A DNA stretch of 64,000 bases from assembly GCA_963784645.1 (NCBI GenBank), contig CAWARY010000018.1, positions 121,378-185,377 of the forward strand, given 5' to 3'. A program made the position numbers and the translations under genes. Every line of letters starts with the position of its first letter. Within the stretch, counting starts at the first letter, position 1. The notes below the pieces were generated by a model. It saw only the letters and a list, made by a program, of their open reading frames with translations, searched no databases and had not been told where the DNA came from. The stretch is from an uncultured Actinomycetota bacterium. GTDB taxonomy: Bacteria; Actinomycetota; Actinomycetes; JACCUZ01. Below are positions 46,734 through 55,137 of this stretch, piece by piece.

Positions 46734-47618
46734 TCAGGCGAGGGCGCGGCGCGAGACGGCCGGGCCGCGGGTGCCGCGGATCGCGCCGACGGTGTCGAGC
46801 ACCCGCCGGGTCGCGGCCACCTGGTGCGCCCGGAACACGCGCGCCCCGTGCCACGCGCTGATCGCCGTCGCGGCGAGGGTCGCCTCCAGCCGGCCGTCCT
46901 TGTCGACGTCGAGCACCTCGCCCAGGAACTTCTTGTTCGACACCGCGACCAGCACCGGCCACCCGGCGGCGACCAGCTCGTCGAGCCGTCGGGTCACCTC
47001 GAGCGAGTGGTAGGTGTTCTTGCCGAAGTCGTGCGCCGCATCGACGAGGATCCCGTCCCGGCGTACGCCGGCGGCGACCGCCTTCTCCGCCAGCGCCGTC
47101 ACGGTGCCGATGACGTCGGCCACCACGTCGTCGTACGCCACGCGGTGCGGGTCGGTCCGGGGAGCGAGGCCGCCCGCGTGGCTGCAGACCAGCCCGACAC
47201 CGTGCTCCGCGGCCACCAGGGCCAGTCCCGGGTCGGAGCCCTGCCAGGCGTCGTTGAGCAGGTCGGCCCCCGCGTCGCAGGCAGCTCGGCCGACGCCCGC
47301 CCGCCAGGTGTCGACCGAGATGGCCAGCCGCGGGTGCCGGCGGCGCACCGCAGCGACGAACGGCGCGACCCGGCGTACCTCCTCGGCCTCGTCGACGTCG
47401 TCCCCGGGGCCGGCCCTGACACCGCCCAGGTCCACCAGCTCGGCACCGTGCTCGACCGCGGCGTCGACGGCGGTCATCGCGGCGGCGTCGTCGAGGTAGG
47501 CGCCCTGGTCGAAGAACGAGTCCGGGGTGCGGTTGACGATGGCCATGACGACCTGGTCGTGCGGCCCTACCTCGAGCGGTCCGAGGCGCAGCGACGACGT
47601 GCCGGGTCCGTGGTCCAC
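46734..47618 (-). CDS. folP: Dihydropteroate synthase family protein (FolP / FolP2-like)
   Basis: 294 aa. ..VMAIVNRTPDSFFDQG...ELVDLGGVRAGPG...ISVDTWRA...LLNDAW...VSNKKFLGE...GARVFRAH. Confidence 0.85.
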   Translation of the reverse strand: MDHGPGTSSLRLGPLEVGPHDQVVMAIVNRTPDSFFDQGAYLDDAAAMTAVDAAVEHGAELVDLGGVRAGPGDDVDEAEEVRRVAPFVAAVRRRHPRLAISVDTWRAGVGRAACDAGADLLNDAWQGSDPGLALVAAEHGVGLVCSHAGGLAPRTDPHRVAYDDVVADVIGTVTALAEKAVAAGVRRDGILVDAAHDFGKNTYHSLEVTRRLDELVAAGWPVLVAVSNKKFLGEVLDVDKDGRLEATLAATAISAWHGARVFRAHQVAATRRVLDTVGAIRGTRGPAVSRRALA

Positions 47619-47644
47619 CCGCCCAGCGTGGCACGATCCTGCGT

Positions 47645-48079
47645 GTGTCCCTGGTGCTGCTGCTCGTCCTCCTCGTCGTCATCGCCGGCATCGCCGTCGT
47701 GGCGGCCGGTCGCGGCGCCGGCCTGGGGCCGGCCGAGACGGAGCGCTCACCGCGCGGCGCGCTGGCACCGGGCGAGATCGACCGCGAGCAGGTCGACGGC
47801 CTGCGCTTCACCCTCGCGCTGCGCGGCTACCGGATGGACGAGGTCGACGCGGTCCTGGACCGGCTGCTCGGCGAGCTGGACCGGCGCGACGCCCGGATCG
47901 CCGAGCTCGAGGGCCCGACCGGCGCCGCTCCGGACGGCGGCGACCGTCCGGACGCCGCCACCGGCAGCACCGACAGCCGCGACGGCAGTGACAACCGCGA
48001 CAGCCGCGACAGCCGCGGCAGCCGCGGCGGCACGGGCGGCTCCGACAGCAGCGGCAGCACCGCCGCCCGGGAAGGCTGA
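47645..48079 (+). CDS. DivIVA-domain membrane protein with a low-complexity Ser/Asp/Arg/Gly tail
   Basis: GTG start. N-terminal TM LVLLLVLLVVIAGIAVVAAG. ..FTLALRGYRMDEVDAVLDRL is the DivIVA-domain motif. The tail is encoded by imperfect GACAGCCGCGAC-type repeats (~47960-48060). Confidence 0.7.
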   Translation: MSLVLLLVLLVVIAGIAVVAAGRGAGLGPAETERSPRGALAPGEIDREQVDGLRFTLALRGYRMDEVDAVLDRLLGELDRRDARIAELEGPTGAAPDGGDRPDAATGSTDSRDGSDNRDSRDSRGSRGGTGGSDSSGSTAAREG

Positions 48080-48080
48080 G

Positions 48081-48512
48081 ATGGCCGAGCTCGTCGTCAC
48101 CCAGGAGGTCGCGGCGCCGGCCGAGCGGGTGTGGGACGTCCTCACCGACTGGGACGTGCACGACCGCTGGATGCTCTTCACCCATGCGGAGGGCGGCCGG
48201 GCCGAGGGGGAGACCATCTCGGCGTTCACCGGGGTCGGCCGGCTCGGCTTCCTCGACACCATGCTGATCACGGTCTGGGACCCGCCCCGCCGGGCCGTCG
48301 TCCGGCACACCGGCAAGGTCGTCAAGGGATCGGGCGCGTTCGAGGTCGACCCGCTCACCCCTGGCACCTCCCGCGTGGTGTGGTCGGAGTGGGTCGACCT
48401 GCCGCTCGGGCTGCTGGGCCGGCTGGGCTGGCCGCTGGTGCGCCCGCTGCTGCGTGCCGGGGTGCAGCTCTCGCTGCGCCGGCTGGCGCGCTACGTCGAG
48501 TCCGGCGCGTGA
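48081..48512 (+). CDS. SRPBCC (polyketide cyclase/dehydrase-like) family protein
   Basis: MAELVVTQEVAAPAERVWDVLTDWDVHDRWM... 143 aa. Confidence 0.7.
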   Translation: MAELVVTQEVAAPAERVWDVLTDWDVHDRWMLFTHAEGGRAEGETISAFTGVGRLGFLDTMLITVWDPPRRAVVRHTGKVVKGSGAFEVDPLTPGTSRVVWSEWVDLPLGLLGRLGWPLVRPLLRAGVQLSLRRLARYVESGA

Positions 48513-49102
48513 CGGGGACGGACCCCGGCACCGTCCTCGGCGCGGACGGCCTGGCCCGCTGCCCCTGGGGCCTCGGCACCCCCGACTACGTCGCCTACCA
48601 CGACGGCGAGTGGGGCCGGCCGGTGCACGGCGAGGTCCGGCTGTTCGAGCGGGTCAGCCTCGAGGCGTTCCAGTCCGGCCTGTCGTGGATCACGATCCTG
48701 CGCAAGCGGGAGGCGTTCCGGGCCGCCTTCGCCGGGTTCGACCCGGCCGCGGTCGCCGAGTTCGGCGACGACGACGTCGAGCGGCTGATGGCCGACGCCG
48801 GCATCGTGCGCAACCGCGCGAAGGTGCTCGCCACCGTCGCCAACGCCCGCGCGACGCTGGCGCTCGATGGCGGCCTCGACGATCTGCTCTGGTCGTTCGC
48901 GCCGGGCCCGGCCCGTCCCGCGCCGCGCAGCGTGGCCGACGTACCAGCCGTGACGCCGGAGTCGACGGCGATGGCCAAGGCGTTGAAGCGCAACGGTTTC
49001 CGCTTCGTCGGTCCGACCACGGCGTACGCCCTCATGCAGGCCACCGGCATGGTCGACGACCACCTCGCTGGCTGCGCCTTCCGCGGCGCCGGCGCTGCCT
49101 GA
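48509..49102 (+). CDS. tag: DNA-3-methyladenine glycosylase I
   Basis: GTGA overlap with the upstream gene. ..RCPWG...YHD.EWG.PV.....LFE...LE.FQ.GLSW.TIL.KR..FR.AF..FD......F...DVERL......IVRNR.K......NA. Confidence 0.9.
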   Translation: MTGTDPGTVLGADGLARCPWGLGTPDYVAYHDGEWGRPVHGEVRLFERVSLEAFQSGLSWITILRKREAFRAAFAGFDPAAVAEFGDDDVERLMADAGIVRNRAKVLATVANARATLALDGGLDDLLWSFAPGPARPAPRSVADVPAVTPESTAMAKALKRNGFRFVGPTTAYALMQATGMVDDHLAGCAFRGAGAA

Positions 49103-49200
49103 CCGCGGTTCGTCCGCCGGTCCCGTGGTGAAGACGCGATCTCCACCGTGACCCGACTGCGGCGTTCCCGGCCCAACAGCGGCCTGCATGCCACTGGTCA

Positions 49201-49266
49201 CCCGAGTTGATCACGGGCCCGTGATCAACTCGGGGGAGGAAGGGAGGAAGGGAGGGAGGGGGCCGG
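49201..49266. repeat. Perfect 34-bp palindrome (CCCGAGTTGATCACGGG|CCCGTGATCAACTCGGG) followed by a ~30-nt polypurine G-rich tract
   Basis: Palindrome at 49201-49234 has zero loop and shares the TGATCACG/CGTGATCA core with the 46616/46678 palindromes. GGAGGAAGGGAGGAAGGGAGGGAGGGGG at 49235-49262. Lies between convergent tag and the SnoaL-like gene. Confidence 0.85.
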
Positions 49267-49267
49267 G

Positions 49268-49786
49268 TCAGCGGTCGCGGAAGGCGGCCAGGCCGCCGCG
49301 GGCCTTGTCGCGGACGGAGTGCTGGAGCACCGGCGTCCAGCCGAGCAGCAGGCCGACGGGGCCGAGGGCCTGCCGCGACCAGCGCCAGAAGTCGAACTCG
49401 TCGCGCTGCGAGACGACCAGCCCGGCCGCGTCGAAGCGGAACTCCGACCGCACGTCGTTGACCACCTTCCGGCCGGTCCGGCCGAACGTGTAGTGCGCGA
49501 CCCAGTGCGCGCTGCCGTGGTCGCCCTCGGCGTCGTGCTCCTGGAGCTCGACCCGCAGGTCGGCCGACCGGGCGGTGAGCATCCGCCACATGTCGGCGGG
49601 CTCGCCGTCGGACAGCCCGACGAAGACCGGGTCGGTGAACAGGGCGCCCGGTGCGTAGCAGGCCGCCATCGCCTCGCCGTCGTGCCGGCCCATGGCGGCG
49701 TAGAGCCGCTCGATGGTCGCGAGCCCGGGTGCGGCAGCAGGCTCGGGCGCTCCGTCCGCCGCGGACTCCTCCGGCACCCCGGTCAC
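49268..49786 (-). CDS. SnoaL/NTF2-like fold protein
   Basis: GTG at 49786 overlaps the upstream stop (GTGA). ..IERLYAAMGRHDGEAMAACYAPGALFTDPVF...AHWVAHYTF. Confidence 0.6.
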   Translation of the reverse strand: MTGVPEESAADGAPEPAAAPGLATIERLYAAMGRHDGEAMAACYAPGALFTDPVFVGLSDGEPADMWRMLTARSADLRVELQEHDAEGDHGSAHWVAHYTFGRTGRKVVNDVRSEFRFDAAGLVVSQRDEFDFWRWSRQALGPVGLLLGWTPVLQHSVRDKARGGLAAFRDR

Positions 49787-50586
49787 CTGCCCTCGAAGGT
49801 GGGCTGCTGCTTGCCGAGGAACGCGGCGACCGCGGCGCGGTGGTCCGAGGTCGAGCCGGTGAGCTCCATCATCTGCCGCTCCATGTCGAGGGACTCGTCG
49901 AGACCGTGCCCGACGGAGTACGCCAGCGACCGGCGGATCGCGCCGTAGGCCACCGTCGGACCGGCCGCCAGCCGCACCGCGAGCGCCCGGCCACGGGCGG
50001 CGACCTGGTCGGCCGGGACCACCTCGGTCACCAGCCCGAGCTCGAGGGCCTGCCCGGCGGGGATCGTCGAGGGCATGAGCAGCAGCTCCTTGGCCTTGGC
50101 CATGCCGACCAGCCGCGGCAGCGTCCAGGACGAGCCGGAGTCGGCGGACAGGCCCACCGCGGAGAACGCCATGTTGAGCCCGGCGTCGGCCGACATCACC
50201 CGGAAGTCGCACGCGAAGGCGAACGCCGCGCCGGCCCCGGCGGCCACCCCGTTGATCGCCGCGACGACCGGCTTGGGCATCGTCGCCAGCGTGGTGGCGA
50301 TCGGCGTGTAGTGCTCGGGCACGGTCGACCAGACCGCGTCGAGGTCGCCCTGCAGGTTCGTGGCGTGCTCGGCGAGGTCCTGCCCCACGCAGAACGCCCG
50401 TCCGCTGCCCGTGAGCAGCACGGCGCGTACCGCGTCGTCAGCCGCCGCGGCCTGGAGCGTGTCGCGCAGCGCGACCTTGAGCTCGGTGCTCAGCGCGTTC
50501 ATGGCGTCGGGCCGGTTGAGGGTCACGGTGCCGACGCCGTCGGACAGGTCGTACCGGACGACGTCGTGCTGCGGGCTGTCGCTCAC
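49783..50586 (-). CDS. Enoyl-CoA hydratase/isomerase family protein
   Basis: 267 aa. ..GVGTVTLNRPDAMNAL...VLLTGSGRAFCVGQDL...PVVAAINGVAAGAGA.. (crotonase fold). Confidence 0.9.
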   Translation of the reverse strand: MSDSPQHDVVRYDLSDGVGTVTLNRPDAMNALSTELKVALRDTLQAAAADDAVRAVLLTGSGRAFCVGQDLAEHATNLQGDLDAVWSTVPEHYTPIATTLATMPKPVVAAINGVAAGAGAAFAFACDFRVMSADAGLNMAFSAVGLSADSGSSWTLPRLVGMAKAKELLLMPSTIPAGQALELGLVTEVVPADQVAARGRALAVRLAAGPTVAYGAIRRSLAYSVGHGLDESLDMERQMMELTGSTSDHRAAVAAFLGKQQPTFEGR

Positions 50587-50608
50587 CGGGCTCCTCGGGT
50601 GTCGCTGG

Positions 50609-51394
50609 TCAGGTGGTGGCGGTCAGGCAGCGCTCGACGAAGCGGTTGGCCGCCGGGAGCAGCCGCGCGTTCTCGGTGTCGAAGAAGTCCGCCGCCTTGT
50701 CGCCGGTCCAGTCTCCCGGCAGCAGCTCGCGCGGCAGACCCGGGTCGAGGAAGAGGAACTTCCGCCACTCGTGCACGAGCCGGGACCGCGCCGCGAACGC
50801 CTGCTCGTCGTCCGGCTCGGTGCCGGCCGCGGACACCAGGGACTCGGCGTCCGCGAGCCAGCGCGAGTAGGAGCGGGCCAGCCCCTCGACGTCCCAGGCC
50901 CGGTGGACCAGCCCGACGGAGTCGCCGTCGTGCCGGGCCGAGAAGCGCTCGGCGCGCACGCCCTCGAGCTCGAGGAGGCCGTCGACCTCGGGCGACCACC
51001 GCGGTCCCAGCCAGGTGGCGTCGTCCAGCTGCGCGTAGCCGAGGAAGGTGAGCCCGGCCCGGACCCGGTCGCGCCGGCTGCGCTCGCCCGGCAGGTCGGT
51101 GACCACGAGGTGCCAGGACCCGTCCCAGGCCCGGTCGGCGGTGCGGTAGATGCGGGCGGCCGAGTCGTCGAGTCGCCGCGCGGCCCGGGGTGTGAGGGCG
51201 TAGCCGGGCCCGTCCGGGAGCCGGACCGGTTCCAGCCACGCCTGCCGGACCATCCGCGAGACGGCGGTACGTACGGCGGGCGCGGCGACTCCGAGCGGGG
51301 CCAGGAGCCGCACCAGGGAAGCGACCGGGGCGCGGCCGCCTCGCTGACGCAGGTGGTCGCCGTAGAGGTCGAACAGCGCCGAGCGGGCGTTCAC
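50609..51394 (-). CDS. paaX: PaaX-family transcriptional regulator
   Basis: GTG at 51394 after GGGAGGG. ..SALFDLYGDHLRQRGG.APVASLVRLLAPLGV...VRTAVSRMVRQ.WL...W.G.WHLV......R..R.R....L...G...L....W. is the PaaX N- and C-domain pattern. Confidence 0.75.
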   Translation of the reverse strand: MNARSALFDLYGDHLRQRGGRAPVASLVRLLAPLGVAAPAVRTAVSRMVRQAWLEPVRLPDGPGYALTPRAARRLDDSAARIYRTADRAWDGSWHLVVTDLPGERSRRDRVRAGLTFLGYAQLDDATWLGPRWSPEVDGLLELEGVRAERFSARHDGDSVGLVHRAWDVEGLARSYSRWLADAESLVSAAGTEPDDEQAFAARSRLVHEWRKFLFLDPGLPRELLPGDWTGDKAADFFDTENARLLPAANRFVERCLTATT

Positions 51395-51576
51395 CTGGCG
51401 TGCCCTCCCTGGTCGGTGCGGACGGCCCCGTGGCGGTGCCTCGGGGTCTCCAGTTTGCCGCTCCGTTTCGCGCGCGGGCGGGTTCGCGGGATAATGCACC
51501 ACCACACACTCCGTGTCGACGCTCGGCGGGCAGGCCCCGTGCCTGCTGCCGGCGTGCCGTACCGAAGGGAGCCAGC

Positions 51577-51744
51577 ATGGCGGCCATGAAGCCGCGAACG
51601 GGCGACGGTCCGCTCGAGGTCACCAAGGAAGGTCGCGGCATCGTGATGCGCGTGCCGCTCGAGGGTGGCGGGCGACTCGTCGTCGAGCTCTCGGCCGACG
51701 AGGCCGGAGCTCTCGGGGATGCACTCAAGGCCGTCGTCGCCTGA
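51577..51744 (+). CDS. Small conserved actinobacterial protein (DUF3117-like, 55 aa)
   Basis: MAAMKPRTGDGPLEVTKEGRGIVMRVPLEGGGRLVVELSADEAGALGDALKAVVA. RBS GAAGGGA. Confidence 0.7.
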   Translation: MAAMKPRTGDGPLEVTKEGRGIVMRVPLEGGGRLVVELSADEAGALGDALKAVVA

Positions 51745-51781
51745 CGGCTCCCCAGGGGTACGGCCCCTGACACCAGCTGTC

Positions 51782-51816
51782 CCGGCCCCGGTCCGCCTCG
51801 CGCGGACCGGGGCCGG
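51782..51816. terminator. 15-bp GC hairpin between convergent genes (bidirectional terminator candidate)
   Basis: CCGGCCCCGGTCCGC ctcgc GCGGACCGGGGCCGG. Confidence 0.5.
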
Positions 51817-51845
51817 TCGCTGGTCCGGACCGGTCCCGGCTACGA

Positions 51846-52421
51846 CTACGGCTTCTTCACCGCGACGAGCAGGCCGTCGCCGGCCGCCAGCATCGCGCTC
51901 ACCAGCGCCTCGTCCTCGCGCACCGCGCGCCCGAGGTCGCGGATCGTCGTGGTGTCCTCGTCGCGCTGGGTGGGGTCGGCCACCCGGTCGTGCCACAGCG
52001 CGTTGTCGAAGACCACCGTCCCGCCCGGCTTGAGCAGCCGCAGCGCCTGCTCGAGGTAGCCCGGGTACTCCTTCTTGTCGGCGTCGCAGAACACCAGGTC
52101 GTACGCCGCGTCGGTGAGCCGCGGCAGGACGTCGAGCGCCCGCCCGGAGATGAGCCGGACCCGGTTGGAGGCCACGCCTTCCTCGGCGTAGGTCTCCCGG
52201 GCCGCCCGGTGGTGCTCGGGCTCCACGTCGATGGTGGTGAGCACACCGTCCGGTCGCATGCCGCGGAGCAGGTAGACCGAGCCCACCCCGGCCCCCGTGC
52301 CGATCTCGACCACGGCCCTCGCCCCCGCGGCGGCCGCCAGGGCCGACAGGGCAGCGCCGGCGCCCGGCAGCACCGGCACGCAGCCCAGCTCCTCGCCCTT
52401 CCCGCGGGCGGTGGTGAGCAC
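51846..52421 (-). CDS. Class I SAM-dependent O-methyltransferase (caffeoyl-CoA OMT-like, Rv1220c-like); annotated from the first canonical start, true N-terminus probably further upstream
   Basis: ..VVEIGTGAGVGSVYLL...VLTTIDVEPEH...YDLVFCDADKKEY..YLE.ALRLLKPGG.VVFDN. The frame stays open with coding-like GC3 for 37 more codons upstream without ATG, GTG or TTG. Confidence 0.8.
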   Translation of the reverse strand: MLTTARGKGEELGCVPVLPGAGAALSALAAAAGARAVVEIGTGAGVGSVYLLRGMRPDGVLTTIDVEPEHHRAARETYAEEGVASNRVRLISGRALDVLPRLTDAAYDLVFCDADKKEYPGYLEQALRLLKPGGTVVFDNALWHDRVADPTQRDEDTTTIRDLGRAVREDEALVSAMLAAGDGLLVAVKKP

Positions 52422-52665
52422 CTCGTCCTCAGGGACGAACTCCTCGGCGTAGGTCCAGCTGGAGTCGAGGTTCCCGGCGATGACGGCCTCCGGTGGGCGG
52501 TGCGGCGCGGGTGCGGTGGCGCCCGGGCGCCCCTACGGCGGTAGGGCGCGGCGCGAGCCTAGTGCCCCCGCCGGGGCCGGGAACCCCGCGGTGGGTGCCG
52601 CGCGTTCTCCCCGGGAACACGCACCGAGCGGGGCCGGTTGGGCCAGAAGAGGAGATCGAGGCACC

Positions 52666-53406
52666 ATGAGTGCTGCAGCTGCCGTGATGACCCGGGGAGG
52701 TGGGGTAGTGCCCGGCTTCGGCTCGCACCGCCCCGTGCCCGGGGCCGAGGCAGGTGCCGTCCCGCTCGGGGCCGAGGCGGGAGCGGAGGCCAGCCCGCTG
52801 GTAACCGCAGGCGCCACCGACTGGGTCCCGCCGACCTGGGACGAGGTCGTCCGGACCCACTCCGCCCGCGTCTACCGGCTCGCCTACCGCCTGACCGGCA
52901 ACCCGCACGACGCCGAGGACCTCACCCAGGACGTGTTCGTCCGGGTCTTCCGGTCCCTGTCCAGCTACACGCCCGGCACGTTCGAGGGCTGGCTGCACCG
53001 CATCACCACGAACCTCTTCCTCGACCGGGTCCGCCGCAAGCAGCGGATCCGCTTCGACGGCCTGGCCGACGACGCCGCCGAGCGCCTGCCCGGGCGCGAG
53101 CCCGGCCCCGCGCAGGTCTACGACGACACGCATTTCGACGACGACGTGCAGCGCGCGCTGGATGCCCTGTCGCCCGACTTCCGGGCAGCCGTCGTCCTCT
53201 GCGACATCGAGGGACTGTCCTACGAGGAGATCGCCGCCACCCTCGGGATCAAGCTGGGCACCGTCCGCAGCCGCATCCACCGCGGCCGCTCGCAGCTACG
53301 GGTCGCCCTGGAGCACCGTGCCCCCGGCCGCCGCGAGGCGTTCGAGCCAGGTGGCATCGACCCTCGCGGCGTCGACTCCCGCGACACCGACGGGTCGCCG
53401 TCGTGA
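52666..53406 (+). CDS. sigE: ECF sigma factor SigE
   Basis: ATG at 52666 after GAGGAG. ..[52 protein letters not shown]...[41 protein letters not shown]. Followed by an anti-sigma gene, htrA and tatB as at Rv1221-1224. Confidence 0.9.
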   Translation: MSAAAAVMTRGGGVVPGFGSHRPVPGAEAGAVPLGAEAGAEASPLVTAGATDWVPPTWDEVVRTHSARVYRLAYRLTGNPHDAEDLTQDVFVRVFRSLSSYTPGTFEGWLHRITTNLFLDRVRRKQRIRFDGLADDAAERLPGREPGPAQVYDDTHFDDDVQRALDALSPDFRAAVVLCDIEGLSYEEIAATLGIKLGTVRSRIHRGRSQLRVALEHRAPGRREAFEPGGIDPRGVDSRDTDGSPS

Positions 53407-54008
53407 GTCACCTCGGTCACCGCATCTCCGCGCTCGTCGACGGCGAGCTCGGCCACGCGGCGCGGGAGCGGGCGCTCGCCCACGTGGCGCACTGCGACGA
53501 GTGCCGCGCGACGCTCGAGGCCGAGCGCTCGGTCAAGGACCTGCTGGCCGCCTCGGTCGCCCCGCTGCCGTCCGGCGCCGTGCTGGCGTCGCTGCAGGCG
53601 CTCGCGCGCCCCGGCAACCCGGTCCCGCCGCGGGCCCGCAGCATGCCGCAGGGACCGGTGGTGCCCGTCCTGCCGCCCCCGGGCCGCGCCCCGCGGGGCT
53701 CCCGGGCCGACTCCCGCCGTCCCGTCGCCGGTGGCACCGCCGGCCGCGGCACGGCCCGTCGCAGCACCCGCCGCGCCCGCTACGCGGCCGTCGGAGCCCT
53801 CTCGGTGGCCGGGCTCGTCCTGGGCACGGCGTTCGCCGCAGGCGGACCGCGCCAATCGCCGTCGCCGGTCGTGCCGCCCGCGGCCGAGCTGACCGTCGAG
53901 CACGACGTCACCACCAGCGGCTTCTCCCTCGGCGACCCCGGGCTGGGCGTCGCGTCCGGCCTGGGCGACGCGTCCGGCGCGACCTTCCCGACCGTCTCCC
54001 GGCGGTGA
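53403..54008 (+). CDS. rseA: Anti-sigma-E factor (zf-HC2 type, single TM)
   Basis: GTGA overlap with sigE. ..[30 protein letters not shown] (H-x3-C-x2-C). [23 protein letters not shown]. Confidence 0.75.
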   Translation: MSHLGHRISALVDGELGHAARERALAHVAHCDECRATLEAERSVKDLLAASVAPLPSGAVLASLQALARPGNPVPPRARSMPQGPVVPVLPPPGRAPRGSRADSRRPVAGGTAGRGTARRSTRRARYAAVGALSVAGLVLGTAFAAGGPRQSPSPVVPPAAELTVEHDVTTSGFSLGDPGLGVASGLGDASGATFPTVSRR

Positions 54009-55090
54009 GACCGCTCGTCCCCCTGACCGGGGCGGCGGCCGTCCTGCTCGCGTCGGCGGCGGTCGTGGCGCTGCTGGTCTCGCCGCCCGGCAACCCGGGC
54101 CGGCCGGCCGACGACGTCTCGGACGGTGGCGGCGCGCGGCCGGTCGTCGACGACCGGGCCCGCCGGCTGCTCGACCGTGCTGCTGCGGCACCATCGACGA
54201 CGCCGTACCACGGTGTGCAGTTCGTCTCCGCGTGGACGTCGACGGGCGCCACCAGCGAGGTCGTCGACGTCGCCCACGACCCCGCCGGGGGCACCACGGT
54301 CCGCAGCGACGGCACGGTGCGGGTGCCGGGACGCAGCGTGACGCTGCTCGCCGCCGGCGCGCCGTCGATCGCGGGTGGGGGAGCGGTCGGGCTGCTCGTC
54401 CAGCACTACTCGGTCGCCGTGGCCGGCACCGGCCGGGTCGCCGGCCGCCCCGTCGACGTCATCGCCGTACGCCGACCCGGCTCGGCCGCCGCCGACCCCG
54501 ACGCCGCGCGGTTCTGGCTGGACGGCGCGACCGGACTGGTGCTGCGCCGCGAGGTGTACGACCGCCGCGGCCGCACCACCCGGGCGAGCGCCTTCGTCGA
54601 GGTCACGGTCGGTCAGGGCGCCGTCCCCGCCGGGGCGGCCAGCACGGCCTGGACGGCGACCCTGGACCGCAGCACGCTGGACCGGATGCGGCAGCACGGG
54701 TGGGACTGCCCGGCCGCCCTCCCGGGTCCGCTGACCCTCGTCGACGCCCGCCGCGGTGGTGCCGGGCAGGACATCGTGCACCTCAGCTACAGCGACGGGA
54801 TCGCGAGCGTCTCCGTCTTCGAGCAGCGCGGCCGGCTGGACGAGACCGGGCTGGCGGGTCACGCCCAGCAGGCCAGCGGCGACCACGAGGTCTGGGTCCG
54901 CGGCGAGGTGCCGCGCCGGGTCGTCTGGTCCTCCGGCGGCACGGTCTACACCGTCGTCGCCGACGCGCCGGAGCGTACGGTGGACGCCGTGGTCGCGGCC
55001 CTGCCCCACCGCGGGGCCGGCGACGGTCCGCTCGGTCGGCTGGGCCGCGGGCTGGACCGGGTCGGCTCCTGGTTCAACCCCTTCGGCTGA
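54005..55090 (+). CDS. MucB/RseB-like sigma-E regulatory protein (N-terminal anchor plus LolA-like domain)
   Basis: GTGA overlap with rseA. ..YHGVQFVSAW......VVDVAH....GT.V...  ..YSVAVAGTGRVAGRPVDVIAVRRPG....ARFWLDGATGLVLRREVYDRRGRTTRASAFVEV.VG resembles the RseB N-domain pattern. Confidence 0.55.
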   Translation: MRPLVPLTGAAAVLLASAAVVALLVSPPGNPGRPADDVSDGGGARPVVDDRARRLLDRAAAAPSTTPYHGVQFVSAWTSTGATSEVVDVAHDPAGGTTVRSDGTVRVPGRSVTLLAAGAPSIAGGGAVGLLVQHYSVAVAGTGRVAGRPVDVIAVRRPGSAAADPDAARFWLDGATGLVLRREVYDRRGRTTRASAFVEVTVGQGAVPAGAASTAWTATLDRSTLDRMRQHGWDCPAALPGPLTLVDARRGGAGQDIVHLSYSDGIASVSVFEQRGRLDETGLAGHAQQASGDHEVWVRGEVPRRVVWSSGGTVYTVVADAPERTVDAVVAALPHRGAGDGPLGRLGRGLDRVGSWFNPFG

Positions 55091-55137
55091 GGGCACGGTC
55101 ACCGCCAGAGCAGGACGATCAGGAGACCCACGCGCAC

